A program made the translations under genes and the position numbers. The notes under the pieces are model-generated. The model was not told where the DNA came from, did not search any database, and saw only the letters and a program-made list of their open reading frames with translations. Shown piece by piece: positions 20,899 to 34,288 of a DNA stretch of 64,000 nucleotides; position 1 is the first letter of the stretch; each line of letters opens with the position of its first letter. Origin of the DNA: Trypanosoma brucei (taxonomy: Eukaryota); NCBI GenBank assembly GCA_000002445.1, contig CH464491.1, positions 5,024,001 through 5,088,000 on the forward strand. The letters are read 5' to 3'.

Positions 20899-22617
20899 TT
20901 ACAATAAAACTAACATTTCAGCACGTTTCCTTTTCTGGTTCAGGCTCGCCATCCTTGCCCCTCTAAATGCACAATATTGTTTACCGTCTGTTTTGTTATT
21001 TTCACAATTAGTCTTATTTTTGTGTCTTGCACATCCAGTTGTAGTTGTTCCCTCTTTTGGTTTCTCTCCTTCTCCTACTGCGTTTTTTTGCTCTGCACCC
21101 TCTTTAGGTCTGCATGTTCTATCTGTTTCATTTTTTCCATCCCATTTGCAGTTATTTTTCGTGCAGGTTGTGTTTTTTGTGTGTTGTTTGCAGTCTACTT
21201 CTGTGTACTTCTTTGGTTTGGTTGCGGTGCTTGCTAAATTGTGTTTTTGTGATATTCCGAGCAACAATAAACTTGACATCTGTGTGTAGAGGGTTTGTAT
21301 GGTCGTTAGTGTGTTGAGTTCTTGGGCTGTTACAGTGCTTAAGGCTTCTAGTTTGGCTTCTGCTTGCTTTACCGCGCTTACCCAGATTATGCCACCATTT
21401 GATCCAAGAAGTGCCGTGTAGTCTATGCATATCCCTTTTCCGGCGCTGCTCATTGCGCCGCTTGAGTCGCATGCCGCTGCCGTCGATCCAAGGACGTGGT
21501 AGACAAGAAAATTTGAGCGCTTTAGCACTAACCCTGCTTGATCTGGGGCCGCTGCTGCTTTGTAGTTGGACCCCAGGTGTCAGAATATCGCTTCGCGGCT
21601 TGTAACCAAAGCTGCTGGCGTTTTTGGTCATGCAGTTGTGTCTGTTAGTTGCGAACACTTTGCTTTCACGACTTTCCAGAAGTTTGATACCTTTTTTGAT
21701 TTACCGTTGGTTTCTATTACTGCCGCGGCTGCGTTGCCTTGTGTCCCGCAGGGTGCCGTGGCTGCTGCGCTGTTTTTAGTCGCGCAAAGGCATATCATGT
21801 CTGTTGCCAGACTGTAGGCGGCCTGTTTTTTGGCGGGGTTGTCGGCCGCTGTGCACACAGCATCCCGATCATTGCCATCCCAGGGCATGTTGTCGTCAGT
21901 CATCTCGAAGGTAAACGCCTCTGCTGGGTTTAGCCTCGCCAGATCCACTGGTTTATTGTGTCTACCGTATAAAGCGCTGACCATGTACGCTCTTGCGTCT
22001 TTTGCCTCTGCTTCCCAGCGAGTTCTCTGGTCGATGCCTCGTTGCCTCACTTGCAGTGCTTCTTGTGTTAGTTGGTGGAATACGCTTTGTAATGCCTCCT
22101 TGGCGTGTTCGGGTACAGGTATAGTGAATGTTTTTTTTAGGTCGTCGTAAGGGGCTTGTCCACTTTTAAGCTTGGCATAGTCTGCTATCATCTTCGTGAT
22201 GACATCTGGTGGTATTGGTTTGAAATAATCTTTAACAGGAGAACTGTCTTCTATCAGTTTTGCCGCTGTAGGCGCTGGGTCGGTTGCCGCCAAGGCAGTG
22301 GCCATTTTCGCTTCTAGAACCGTCATGCTAAGTTGCAGAATTCGCTCAAAGGGCGCTTCCACTTCAGTGTTTATCTCTTTAACTGCTGTGCCAGCACCAA
22401 CATTTATTTGTGGTTTCTTTATCAGTTTGGTCAAAAGTTCGTAAAGCGCGCACATGTCCCTGAACTCCTTTGCGTTTTCATTGTCGCCTCTGGAGTGTAC
22501 TGTTGACGCCGAAACAAATGTGATTGCTAATTCTAAAAACATTTTTCTTGGCACAACTTTGAGACGTTTGATAATACGATGCATTGTCATGAACTGTGTT
22601 AGTTTAACGCCATTCAA
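20899..22617 (-). pseudogene. VSG: VSG pseudogene (frameshift between N-terminal ORF 21628-22617 and C-terminal ORF 20899-21528)
   Basis: N-terminal 329-aa ORF with a signal (MHRIIKRLKVVPRKMFLELAITFVSASTVHS). C-terminal 209-aa ORF has Cys-rich CTD motifs (CKQHTKNTTCTKNNCKWDGKNETDRTCRPKEG). The 16-mer-like GTGTTAAGTTATCTTTA is at 20786-20802. Confidence 0.8.
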
Positions 22618-24307
22618 GAAAAAGGTATTATTAGGGCTGGGTATGTCCTGAGAATAATTTGCTTATAAGAACATTTGTAAATTTTCATCATCTTTAATCC
22701 TCACATGTAAAAATCTCCTCCATTTCCTCTATTATTCTACGAATGTAAGAACGCCGGAGCACTTTGTGATTAATCCGTGCTTTCTAGTTTTAATTCTTAA
22801 TATATGGACTTTCCAACAGATTAAATAGCCCAATTACAACCAGGTATGATGTTATATCTACAAACTTTTGTTTAAAATGCGGCTATTCTTTTAAATATTT
22901 TTGTACTTCCCACCTTAAATCTTCAGTTCATTTGTGATCGGCAGTTCTAGCCGCGCTTACAATTCAGCTTTATATTTTATTTGATTTGTCTTCATTTGCT
23001 GCATGAACACTCCAAGCATTTTACGGATGTTGCTGCTGCCTTTTTTGGATACTTTTTATACTTGGAAGTTACATTCTAGCGTTTCTTCCATTTGCACTAT
23101 TTTTTTGGCTCTATGCTGATACTTATTTTGTTTTTTGGATAGTAATTTCACAGGAAGTTGTAAAGGGGTGGGGTACTCCTAGGAATTGCTGTACTTTACT
23201 TTTTTCTGTTTGTTATTATGGAATAGTTTCACCATTCTAAGTCACGTCAACTCTAATCTTATAAATCAGCCATTTAAGTTGTTTGATCATCCCTTTATAA
23301 CGTCTATTCTATAAAAAAACAAAAAAATCACTGCTATCTAATAACTTTTTCACGCTGTTTCCCTATAAGAAACGCTAAGACTCACTGTATCTACACCCTT
23401 TTCTGAAAGTAAAAAAATCTTTATTTCTTTTACTCCTTTGGTGTTTTGTGGCATTCTTCTACTTGTTGTGGTTCTTTCTAAATTTGCTTCTGACTTATAA
23501 ACTTTCAGCAAGGTTGGGTGCAGTCGTTGCCTGGTTTATTTACCTCTAATTTCACGTTTTTGTTCCTTTTGATACGAAACACATCTTTAGACGAAATTTA
23601 CAACATTTATCAATTGAATTTTTGTATTATTTTCCTGCATATCCATAATATCGCTTTGAGTAATAAAAACGCATTCTTTAGAGAATTCGTTGAAGAAAAT
23701 TGTAAATTATGCTTTTAGTCGTCTTCAAAATACACTATTTTTTTGGTTTAGTTGTAGCAGCTTCATTTGGGCTATGAATAACCTATCTCACTTTCTTTTT
23801 TATCCACTCATAATTATATTTAAGTACGATAACTCCCATCGTCGTGCTTGTGTATCAAACGTTCTACATTCAATTCTTATTCACTCTCTTTATCCGTCCT
23901 TTAGCATTTTCCCTAATATTTCACGTGCTGCTCCACTTACTCTCTTGTTTAGTTTTAATTCTCGCTTATTCACTTAGTCTCATTGAACAATCTCTATTTT
24001 TTTTAGTTCTTCTATTTTAATGGGAATTTAGTATGCACTATCTATCTTATAATATTAGCAATCGCTCACTCATAAAACTCAATTACCATTATTTTAATAA
24101 CCATAAGTAACTACCAATATTCATAAAATAAACAAAGAAAACAAATAGAAAATTAAAATAGCACTCGTTTTCAATACACTTTCACACTATTAATTTGGAC
24201 CAATAGGCCACGTACATACCAAAGTTTCAGATTTTCAATTCCTCAAATTAAAAAAAAATTACCAAAATTAACAATATTAACAAAATTAACAAAAGTGTTA
24301 AAATATA

Positions 24308-25974
24308 TCAAATATGAACAAATTTTCTGAAAATAGCAAATTTCATAAATTTCAGAAAATTTAGAAAAACTGCTAGCAAAAGAGGGGCCCTAATTACAGC
24401 AGAAATTATGACAGTTCTATCTTTAATTTTGCACTCACTTTTTTTCTTGTTCCAAGTGCATTTGTTTTTGTCACATTTATTCTCTTCAGTGGCTGAGCAT
24501 TCAGTTACAGTTTCCTTATCCCCGTCTTTCTTTTCTTCTGTTTTGTCTTCTGTGTTTATTTTGTCTTGTGTGTTTTTATTTGTTGAAGCGAATTTGTCTC
24601 TTTTCGTGACGGCTGTAAGCCTTTTTAGGGCGTCGTGCACTTCCGCCGCTGTGGTTATGCTGTCGATGTCTACCGGTTGAACTTTATTATCCTTGAAAAC
24701 ATTAACTTTTTTCTTTTCCACAAGATGCGTAAACTTTTTGGTGTGCGCTTCTGTATCTTTGCCATATGTCTCTTTTAGAAAGTTAACCAGGGCGGCGTTG
24801 TTAGGTGCCTTTATCGGGTCTGTTAGCTGTTGGAATCGGGGGAGGAATCTGCTTACAACTTTTTGGATGGTTCTGTCTTGCGATAGAGTCAGCCCATCTA
24901 AAGTCGGAAGCTCGTGTGCCTTTGGCGTGTGTTTCAAGGCTGTGCATATTATGTGTGCGTAGTATTTTTTGTGATCATCGGTTTTGGTTTCAGAGGCATT
25001 TGCTGTATCGCATTGTTTGCTTTTATCGCCTTATGTGTACATTTCTAGTTTTAAATGCAGGTCCGTCAGTTTTGAGAGCTGATTCCCTGTTTTTGTTAGT
25101 GTTGGATTGAGGTTAGTCATGTCGGCCTGTGTGCAGGCGGTTATTGCTGCGCTGAGGTGGTTGGCTTGTCTGTGCTGCCGGTGCAGCTGCCACTGAAGGT
25201 TAGTTTCAGAGTCGTGTCTGGCAGTGCTGTGTGCAGCTTGTCGGTTGTGAGGTACGGCAGTTTTAGTAGTTCGGCGGGTTTTGGTTCGTGGCTGTTTATT
25301 TTGCCGTCTTTGATTGACGTCGCCGGGTCGCAGTGAAGAGTGCTTTTTTCTGTCTGTGTTACTTGCGCCTGCACCGTGTGTGCCGGGCTTGACAAAAGTT
25401 TGGCTTTGCTCGCTGTGTTGATGGAGTGTTCGCTGTTAGCCAGTGCAATAGCCGCCGCCGCTGCATGTAGCTGTAGTTGGATCTCTTGAATTGCGCTGCT
25501 AACCGTGTTATTGGTCATTTGTTGCTGCGCTTCTTCGGCTTCTAATAGTTCTGCTGCTTTTGCCTCCAGTGCTGCGATCAGGAAACTTTCTGTTATGTCT
25601 GTTGCGGCGGCTGAGGCCAATCTGTACTTCAGCTTCGCATGCCGCAAGGCCTGCAGGTTTGCGTCGTTCTGGGACAGTTTGCGTTGGAGATTTTCTTTCA
25701 TTTTGTTGAGGTAAAATTCAAGGTGGCAAAGGTTCATCACGCTGCTTGCAGCCTGATCCTCCTTCGTAGCTGCCGCTGCTACGGCCTTCGCTGCTAGAAG
25801 AAGTAAAACCAAGTATATGTTCATGTTGCGCGCTGCAGACTTTTCTGTGGTACTTATATTCCGTGCAGACTGGTGCGTGTGGTGTTGCCTAGCGTTGACT
25901 GGGAGTGAAAAATCATTCAAATAAAGGAACAAAGAAAAGAGTTTTAGCCTATGCATCTTGTCGGTTCGCTGCAA
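24308..25974 (-). pseudogene. VSG: VSG pseudogene (frameshifted; likely start at MNIYLVLLLLAAKAVAAAA, about 25824)
   Basis: N-terminal ORF 25141-25974 and C-terminal ORF 24308-24937 (...CSATEENKCDKNKCTWNKKKSECKIKDRTVIISAVIRAPLLLAVFL) are separated by a roughly 200-bp out-of-frame gap. The 16-mer GTGTTAAAATATATCA is at 24295-24310. There is no 70-bp repeat between this gene and the preceding cassette. Confidence 0.75.
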
Positions 25975-26961
25975 GTGCGATTGCTTGTTTTAGGTTGCGC
26001 TTGTTTTGATTACATTGTTCCATTGTTATTTAAAATTATGAGGTTCAGTCTTTTGTTTGACATGATTCTCTGTCTGTATTCTGTATTGGAAAGCTGCTAC
26101 AGTAGCTTTTGTTCTGTTAATAGTTTTCACAAAGGCAGTCAGTTCATCTAAATAATCTCAATTTTTATATTTAACTGATACCATTCTATATCAACGTATA
26201 AAATATTTATCACTTATTGTCTTTGGCTGCTGGTAATGCAGTTCAGCTTCTGCTTGCTGGATTTATCTTCAATTACGGTGTAGGACCGGCAGCTCTGTCG
26301 TACATATTATCTTCAGTGTTCCTTGCACTGTTACCCTGGCTTATTAACCCTATCTATCGTTTATTGTGCGCCACCTGCATCACTGCCTGCTCTCTTCTGA
26401 CTTAGAGTTCCATGATACGTCTAATAAATGCCGTTTTGGTTTGTATTGTTATATGAATTGTGTATTCTTTCAACACAGTTAATTTCCCATGCGCGTAACA
26501 GTATGGAACTTCTGTAGTATCATCACACAAACTTTCAACTTCATATAAAGCTCCTCTGAAAGTAAATATTTGCGTTACCTTAGGAAATTTGCAGTTTTAT
26601 CCCCAGTTTTCCATCCATACGAAATCATGAGTTTTTCTCATTTAAAAATCCACATCCAATTAATGTTCTATTATTTCACACAAACATAGGAGTACGCTAC
26701 TACATCTTATGAGAAATAGATTTCGACTTACCTCAAACTTACCTAATCCCTTCCTCCTGTGCATTATGATCAACTCAGCATATCTCTAATTGAAACTGCG
26801 TATACTCCATTTACCTTTTTCCCATTTTCTGCTATTCCTTACTATTATTTTTCTAGTTCTATAAATCCAGATCGCTGACTTTCTCCAACTGTACACCTGC
26901 CATTGTTTCAACAGACTCTATTGCGACCGTGTATTTCCGCCGTTATTCACCATCGTTGCTT

Positions 26962-27032
26962 TCATAATATTAATATATACACACTCACAACATTATCCTA
27001 CCATTATTATTTATTTGTTTATTATTATTATA
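26962..27032 (-). repeat. 70-bp repeat
   Basis: CATAATATTAATATATACACACTCACAACATTATCCTACCATTATTATTTATTTGTTTATTATTATTA. Confidence 0.8.
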
Positions 27033-27299
27033 GTCTCAATTGACATCTATAAAATGAAGAAGAATAAACAAATTATTCTAAATTAGAATAGCACTTATTT
27101 TCACACCTTATAATCCTACTGCTTTTAATATTTGTGCCTAGACGTCACTTCCATAAAATTTCATATTAAAAAAATTGTACATTTTGCAAATGTTTAATAA
27201 TAGTGTTATAATATATTAAATTTTTTGTGTTACTTCTCTAAATAGCATATTTCATAAATTTTCATATAATTGAGGAAAAGTCCTTAGAATTTTGAAATG

Positions 27300-28899
27300 C
27301 ATATAATTCTACCAAATTCACAAAATCAGCAGCCATCAGAGCGAATTTCTTATTTACAAGGAAACTGGAATCCTGACATTTGCCTTCAATCCAACCACAA
27401 ACAGCTTTTTTATCTTTAGGAATATCACTTTTTACTGCAGCGCATTCCTCAGGGTTTTTTGCTTGACTACACTTATATGTTGTTTGTCTCCCCATTTCCT
27501 CCAGTTCCTGCTTGGGTTGCTTTTTGCGCTACGTGTGTTTCGTTCAATTTGCAGTGGGGGCCTTCATTGGCATCTTTGTTTTTCCACTCGCATTTTGGCT
27601 GCTGTTCTTTGCACTCAGTTGCTTAATTTATTATTTCGCACTGCGGTTTTGCTTGTTGTTCCTGCTTGTTTTGTCCTTTTTGTTTCTCATCTCCAGCTGG
27701 TGCCGTTAGTTTATGGATCTGTTGGCTAATTTTCACCTGCTGTCCTATGTTGTACGCTTCATTTTTAGTGCCTTGAGTTGTGCTGTCAGCGTCTCTAGTG
27801 TCTGCCTTGTGGCTTGTTGTATCTCTAGCTTGTCGGCCGCACTAAGTAACTTTTGCACCCACGGGATGTTTTTGGCCGCCGCTGCATTAGTTGGGCTATT
27901 TGTCACGTACATTACACAGATTCCTGAGCCGTCTGAGCCGCTGCATCCGGTTGCGGTGTATTTCCCGTAGTATGGTTTGCCCGCTTTTGGCTGGAGCTTG
28001 CTGGTGAACGTTGCGATTTCTAACCTTATTTCTTCTTCTGTTAGCGGGGCTGTGGCTGCATCTGTGTAGCACTTGCCCGCCAGATCTTTGATTGCCGCCT
28101 GTGCTCCGTTTAGGTTTGCTGAGTTTCCTTCGTTGTGTGTCGCCTGGTTTGTTACGCACACCTTGTCGCCTCCTCCATTGTCAGTTCCGTGGCTGGCGCA
28201 AAGGCAGAACAGGTAGGCTGCAACCGTCGTCGTTTTGCAACCGGCTGTATCGCTGCCGCACAAGTTGCTGCGGCTCGTTGCGCCACCATTTTCTGTTCCG
28301 ATATTGGCTTGTTTAATTTCGTCTGTTGCCGCCGCGGAAGCCCCATAAGCTGCGTCTGTTATCAGTTTTCTTATTTTATCTTTTGACAACTCAGAGGCTT
28401 CCTGGTGCTTGTGCTCTATTGCTTGCATGACCGCGTCCGCCCTTTCTGCTGTGGGTTGTAGTTGGGATAACCACAACAGCCTTGTCTGCGTGTCTGGTAC
28501 TTCCACACCGGCTTCCTTCAGTGTTTTTCCTTTTGGCTGCTCCTCCTCGAGCTCGTCTTCGGCTCCTGTCCAGTGCTGCCAGCGTTGTTTTCTCACTTCG
28601 TCTTCTTTGCCATTTTCGGGTTTGTAGGCTGGCCTTGCCTTGCTGTCGCCTGTTTTAGCAAACTACTTTCTCCATTCAAGGCTGGTTATTGACGAGTTTA
28701 ATTTCTGAATTTGCTTGTAGACACCGGCGGCTTCTGAGATGCCTGAAATCTCCGGTATCGGCCGGTTAGCTAGCGCTAGCACATGACAGAGATCCAGGAA
28801 AAGGTGCTCGTTATCTCCCGCCGTCGCCAGTGCTCCTGGAACTTGTGATTTTAGTATTACTAATACCACTGTTAGATTTAGTAGGCTTTTAATTGCCAT
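27300..28899 (-). pseudogene. VSG: VSG pseudogene (b-type N-terminus; 3 frames; stop after GPI signal lost)
   Basis: Three ORFs: 28663-28899 (MAIKSLLNLTVVLVILKSQVPGALATAGDNEHLFLDLCHV...), 27745-28596 (283 aa, CLCAS motif) and 27262-27495 (...KAVCGWIEGKCQDSSFLVNKKFALMAADFVNLVEL, reading through). The 16-mer-like GTGTTATAATATATTAAA is at 27204-27221. Confidence 0.8.
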
Positions 28900-29189
28900 A
28901 GTGGAACTAATATTTCTTGCGATGATGGATATTTTGGGAGTGAATGAAAAACAATTGTGTCACTGCCGCGGTTGTTTGGTGCCGCTTTGCATTTCCAAAG
29001 TTTCAGCTATTCGGTTAGTGATATTTGGCAGCTGTTAGTTTGTTGGCGTCGGTACGCTCTTCTTGACAACTTTCACAACTTCTTTGCTCTAAACAATTAA
29101 ACCTCTTTAAACGACACACCACAAATTTCCTGATATTGAAAATCCCATTTTCCTCCGCCCATCGCATAATTTTGAAGTTTCAACAAATC

Positions 29190-29960
29190 TCTTGTGTTAA
29201 ATTTACTTCGTTTGAACTCTCTATACCAAGTAAAAATTTTCAAAATCAGTCTTTCTTTTTTCCTCCCAGTCATCTGTTTGTCCTACAAAATGAATAAATG
29301 GAGCCTCTCCAATCACCCCACTATTGGGAATAAAAGAATCTCTCTTCATAATCCTATCCAATTATTCCCCTCCTCAAATAAAATATCTGTCTAAAAGCTT
29401 CTTCCTGAATTGCACTTCATATTAACAACGGTTTGTAAATACTCTGCTCTGACCACCACTCCCCACTTCCCTTTAGTAACTCTCCAAATGCATATTCAAA
29501 CCTTCTAAATGCCCAAACTCTGGCTATCAAACCATAGCCACTAAGATAAGGGTTCCCACTAGGAGGTGATTTCAGTAACGGCGGTAACTTCTTATCCTCC
29601 TCTTTTCTGTATACAACATTAAAAAAACAATAGAATCTCTTCACATGTTCTTTGTAAATATCCTCTTCACTTTCTGCTGTATGTTGTATAAAATATTCCA
29701 CAGCACTCTCATACTTATTTCCATCACTAACTATAACATCCGATCCGTCTTAATGAATTACAATACCCTCATCAGTTACATTCCGTTTCTCTGAAATATT
29801 CCATAACCCATCTAGGTCTTTTAACGTGACTATATAAACTTCCCGTCGCAATTGTAATAATTTCAATATTGATTAGTTTGGCACTCAATATGAGTCTACA
29901 CTATCCTTGAGTTGCATGAGTTTGAACTGCGACCACAAACACTCTAGGTTTTTTGTGCAC
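29190..29960 (-). pseudogene. Second copy of the conserved array-associated non-VSG pseudogene (ESAG3-like?), frameshifted
   Basis: ORF 29417-29701 (MEYFIQHTAESEE...GLIARVWAFRRFEYAF...WWSEQSIYKPLLI) is paralogous to 5314-5952. The downstream frame is shifted but still encodes ...SGVIGEAPFIHFVGQ, matching ...SGAIGEAELLHLAGN in copy 1. Upstream nucleotide similarity continues to about 29960. Confidence 0.4.
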
Positions 29961-30512
29961 ATTTTATGTTACATTTGTTTTTGTGTCTTCTTGAAGTGAT
30001 ACTGAGCCTGAACACACTAAATGTTAGAGGAACTGTAAAGTTTTCAATATACAAAACTTCATGTCCTAATTTGTTCTATAATTTTGAGAAGGTTATCAGA
30101 AAAACTTGAAAAATTTAGGAAAATGGGATATTCCATCCTAAGATATATTTCGATTTTCAACAAGTTTTGGATTTCAATTTTAAAGCATACCGATATGCAT
30201 ATATATCTAAAACGTAAACATTTATTAACTTAATTAGCATCTACCACTGTACCAAACCTAGACACTCCATTTAGCCTCTTCACTAGACTTCGTGGGTATC
30301 TTATTGTCCCCCTCATCATCTTTATTTGTATGTTGGTGACCATCGTTACGTTTGTATATTGAACTGTTTATATTCTATCTCCATTTAGCCTTTGTTTATC
30401 ACAATATTCCTCTTTTCATTTACCTTTTATTTCTCACTTCTATTCGTTGTAACACTACAACTGTTCTACGTGGTTCTGTATTGTTGTTAATTTAGTCTTC
30501 AAAAATCATATT

Positions 30513-30595
30513 TTTATAATATTAGTATACACATACGCACAACACTCTCCTATTATTATCATCATTATTATTATTACTATTATTACTGCTATTAT
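30513..30595 (-). repeat. 70-bp repeat
   Basis: TATAATATTAGTATACACATACGCACAACACTCTCCTATTATTATCATCATTATTATTATTACTATTATTACTGCTATTAT. Confidence 0.85.
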
Positions 30596-30889
30596 AACCC
30601 AAAATAATAACTATAAAGTAAAACTAAATAAATAAAAATAAAATAACCCTCATTTTTTATAGTCTATTACCATATCGCTTTATACACATAGACCACTATT
30701 ATAAATTTCAACATTTTTAATAATGTACAGAATAACCTTATTTTAATCAAGAAGCGTTAAAATGTATAAACTTTTTCTAAATTGTAAAAATTCTCTCAAA
30801 ATAAGCAGAGTTCTTAAAATTGAGCAAAATGATTTTGCCAATAAATCCTTAAAAGTATTATGCTAGAAGCAAACATGCAAGCAAAAGAG

Positions 30890-32280
30890 GGGCTTTGTGA
30901 ATCACAACGGAACTACTTCCTGTGGTGTTTGTAGTTCCTGTTTTACTATCTTGATTTGCTCCATCTACTTGTTTGGGTGTGTAAGTTGGATCCGCTACGC
31001 ACCTCTTTTCGCTTTTTTCACTGATTTCTTTGCAGCCATCTTTGCAGCTAGTTCCAACCCCTTTCTCCTTGCAAGTCTAGTTGTTAGTGGTTTCTGGTTT
31101 CGCCGCTGTATCTTTTCCGTCTGTGCCTGCAATGACTTCCTGTTTCTCCGAGAGCTGTACATTCGGGACGGCATACGCTGATTTCGCTCTTTCTATTAGC
31201 TTTTCCATTGTCGCTGTCTGCTGACTTTCCCTCGCTGCTAGCGTTTGTATCTCCTCCATTGTTTTTAGTGCTTCTATTAGCTTGGCCACCCACGGTATTG
31301 CGTTTAGGCCACTTCCGCTGACTCCTGGTGTTGTTGCTGCCGTGTAAATAACGCATAGGTTTGTCGTGGTTCCATCACATGTTGTTGGTTCCTTGCCGAG
31401 GTGCCTTACTAGTGCGTTGGCTTTTGCTTACCCCCTGATTTTGCTTTTAATTTTCGCTATTAGTTCCGCTAGCATCCGAGCATTTACAGTGGCCGGTTTT
31501 TTTTGGGGGCATTCGCTGGTAACTAGGCCTACATGGGTTAGCACGTTGGCTCCCCAGTCGCAAGCGAGGTTGTTGTTTTTGCAGTCTATTGTGTTACCCC
31601 AGGCATCGCCGCAGCAAAGGCAGAGCATGTCGCCTACTGCGCTTTTTCCGCCTTTGTCGCCGCAGCCGGATGCATAGACTGAGGTTTCTGCTACTGTTTT
31701 GCTTGGTGATGGTGAGCAGTCTGTTTGGCCGCCGTATAGCGCTTAGCAGATCAAGTTTTTGACTTTTATCGGCTTCTGTGTTGGCAGTTCAGTTTTGGCA
31801 GTGGTGTAGCCGGTTTGAATTTGCTTTTTTCTGCGTAGCGTCCTGTTTAGGGCTGCTGCGGCTAGGGCCCTCTGCCATCCTTTTGGTGGCGGCGCGTTTT
31901 CGTCTATCCATACCTTGCCATGTATTTTTCTTGTAGGCTTGCTGATATATTTCCTGCCAGTTTCTGAAATTATGTTCCCAGTGCGTCTGGAATGGCTCTT
32001 TCTTCGTGGTTTGTTTGCGCCTCTCCAAGTTGTCGGTTTGTGGGTCGCCTGCGAAGAGCTTTTGCCATTTGTCATCGGCTGCCGTCATGTTCATTGCTTT
32101 GATGTTCGTGATCTCTGTATTGTTTAGATCAGGAATGTCGGGTATTTGTGGGTCGACGTCTTTCAGCCGGAATACGTCACAAAGTAGCTGTAGGTCTTCG
32201 ATTTTTTCGCGAGTAAGAGCTGCATGTGCCCTGGTCACGGTGGCTACCAGCGTTTTTAGCAGTACTGCCTGCTGATTCAT
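30890..32280 (-). pseudogene. VSG: VSG pseudogene (b-type; fragmented into at least 4 ORFs)
   Basis: N-terminal ORF 31789-32280 (MNQQAVLLKTLVATVTRAHA...) and middle ORF 31428-31628 (MLCLCCGDAWGNTIDC...). The 3' end at 30890-31080 is nucleotide-similar to the CTD and GPI-signal region of the intact VSG at 11069-11300 (AATTGCTTCCTGTGGTGTTTGT...). The 16-mer-like GCGTTAAAATGTATAAA is at 30754-30770. Confidence 0.75.
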
Positions 32281-33370
32281 TTCTTGTTTCAGTGCGTCCT
32301 GTCCTAATCCCTTGTCGGTTGAAATCGGAGAAAGTTATGACGGTTTGGATTCTTTTTTTTCCAAGACGCTATCGCCTACCAGCTGTTTTGAAGGCTTGAC
32401 ACATTTGCAGAGGTTGGTGTTATTTTTGTCGTTTTTGGTTTGTTTTCTTATTTTTATGAGTTTCCGTGGTTGTGATCGGTTTTTTCCACTTGTTTTTCTA
32501 GGAAAACTGGTTGCTTGGAGTTTCAGCGGCTAGAGGCTTGCTAACGTGGAGCCGGAACATAGTTTCCTCGTCGCTTCTGTTTTTTATAATGGACTGTCAG
32601 TTGTGCGTTGGCGGCCGCTTCTATTTAAATTACTCGTTTGTTAAAGAGCGTAAGTATTCCGTCGCTGCACCAATAAGGAATTGGAGTAGTGTCGCCATAG
32701 ATTCTCTTCACTTCATAAATCCGCTCCAACAGTTAAAATATGTTCTGTTTTAAAGAGTTTCTACCTTTTTACTTTTCTTTTCCTCTCTACAGTAATCCGT
32801 TTCTACTCAACGTTTTAAAAAACTCCTCCAGGTAACATTGAAGTGTTTCCTACATCTGTTTACCGTTATTAATATATATATATATATATCATTAACATAA
32901 GACTTCGATATTGTTTCACACTTACACAACCCTACCCATTCTTGTGCTGTATTCTCTTCACAGCTAAATATTAGGATCAGTTATTAGCAAAAAAGTACAG
33001 TCGTCACCAAATCAGCTGCTTCACGTATCCACATTTGAAGAAAATACATACCAAAATTTCCTTCTGTATCATCTCCCTCTCTGCCATGCTGCGCAGCCAC
33101 GTATCCTTTCTTTTTTTCTTCTAGTCCTGTTTCTGCTTGCAAAGCAGTTACTCAAGATGTCCTGTAAACCGTACTCTGTAACCTAAAAATTGGCCACCAT
33201 CTTCCCCTTGTGTATCATGATGCTCCTCATCATGTTTATTATTTAAATGCGCATCTTCCACCTCCCTTTCCCTACATTCCTTACTGTCATACTTGCTCAG
33301 CTTCTCCTTTTGAACTATTGTCATTCTTTTAAATGCTTCTATTTTTCCCGCCGGTTTTATCTCAATCACC

Positions 33371-33460
33371 ACAATATTATAATATTTGTATATACTCACT
33401 CACAACACACTCCTATTATTGTCATTATTATTGCTACTATCATTATCCTTATAATTACAG
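33371..33460 (-). repeat. 70-bp repeat
   Basis: CAATATTATAATATTTGTATATACTCACTCACAACACACTCCTATTATTGTCATTATTATTGCTACTATCATTATCC. Confidence 0.85.
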
Positions 33461-33779
33461 CTACGACTCTAACTTGATATCCATAAAAAATGGGAAATGA
33501 ACTAAATTAATATATTACTTATTTTAATATACAATTACCCTCCTACATTCCACAGACAGTCCTCTATAATACAAATGTTTTACAAGTTCTTATTTTTTAA
33601 AAATTTTAATGAATTACACGTTTTGCAAGTTAGAAGTTAAAAAGTGTTAATATATATAACAAATTTTATAAAACTTCAAAAAATTATCTCAGAACAAAAA
33701 AATCATAAATTTAATAAAATTGAGCAAATATCCTTCGAATGATCGAATGCTACCAAACTTACAAAAGCAACAGGCATCA

Positions 33780-33960
33780 GAGCTAATTTCTTATTGAAAA
33801 TAAAACTGGAATCCTTGCAGTCTTTTTCATACTATTAACAGTTGCTGCCCTTTTCACAAGCTTGTCGATTAGTGTCATGTCTGGAACACTTATCTTTCTT
33901 CTCATCTTCCCCTCCTTCTTTCGCTTCTTCTTTTTATACTTTTTTTATGCCATCCTCACT
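33780..33960 (-). pseudogene. VSG: VSG C-terminal-domain fragment (module copy 2)
   Basis: It shares the CTCACTCAATGTGCACTTTTT block and upstream flank with the fragments at 1990-2230 and 58440-58700. GTGTTAATATATATA (16-mer-like) is at 33644-33658. Confidence 0.5.
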
Positions 33961-34247
33961 CAATGTGCACTTTTTATCGTCGTTTCCTTTGGGATTGAAA
34001 ATGCGCCCATGACAGTTGAGCGGCTTTAGACGTCTGCTGTCAGGGGCAGATCTGGAAGTCATTCCTTAACTGCTGATCGTAATAATCTCCTAGTTCCGAA
34101 TATCTCTCTTTTTAGATTATTTTTCATTTAAAAGCTATTCGTTTCGCGCAGCTACACTGGCATGCGTCAGCGTAAAAAAAGCCGAATGCACCGCAAAGAA
34201 AAACCTGGCAAATTATAAAAAAGCCAAAAAAAGTAAATTAAAACCCG

Positions 34248-34288
34248 AAACCTAACCCCCTAACCCTAACCCTAACCCCAACCCTTTT
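34248..34288 (-). repeat. Interstitial telomeric repeat remnant, about 6 degenerate CCCTAA units on plus strand
   Basis: CCCGAAACCTAACCCCCTAACCCTAACCCTAACCCCAACCC. A weaker CCTAACACTAAAACCTA is at 34389-34406. Confidence 0.7.

Noticed and set aside
32870-32895. (TA)9-10 dinucleotide tracts (32872-32893, 34479-34496, 43511-43525)
   Set aside because: These are ordinary AT microsatellites in AT-rich spacer DNA. I see no structural or functional context.
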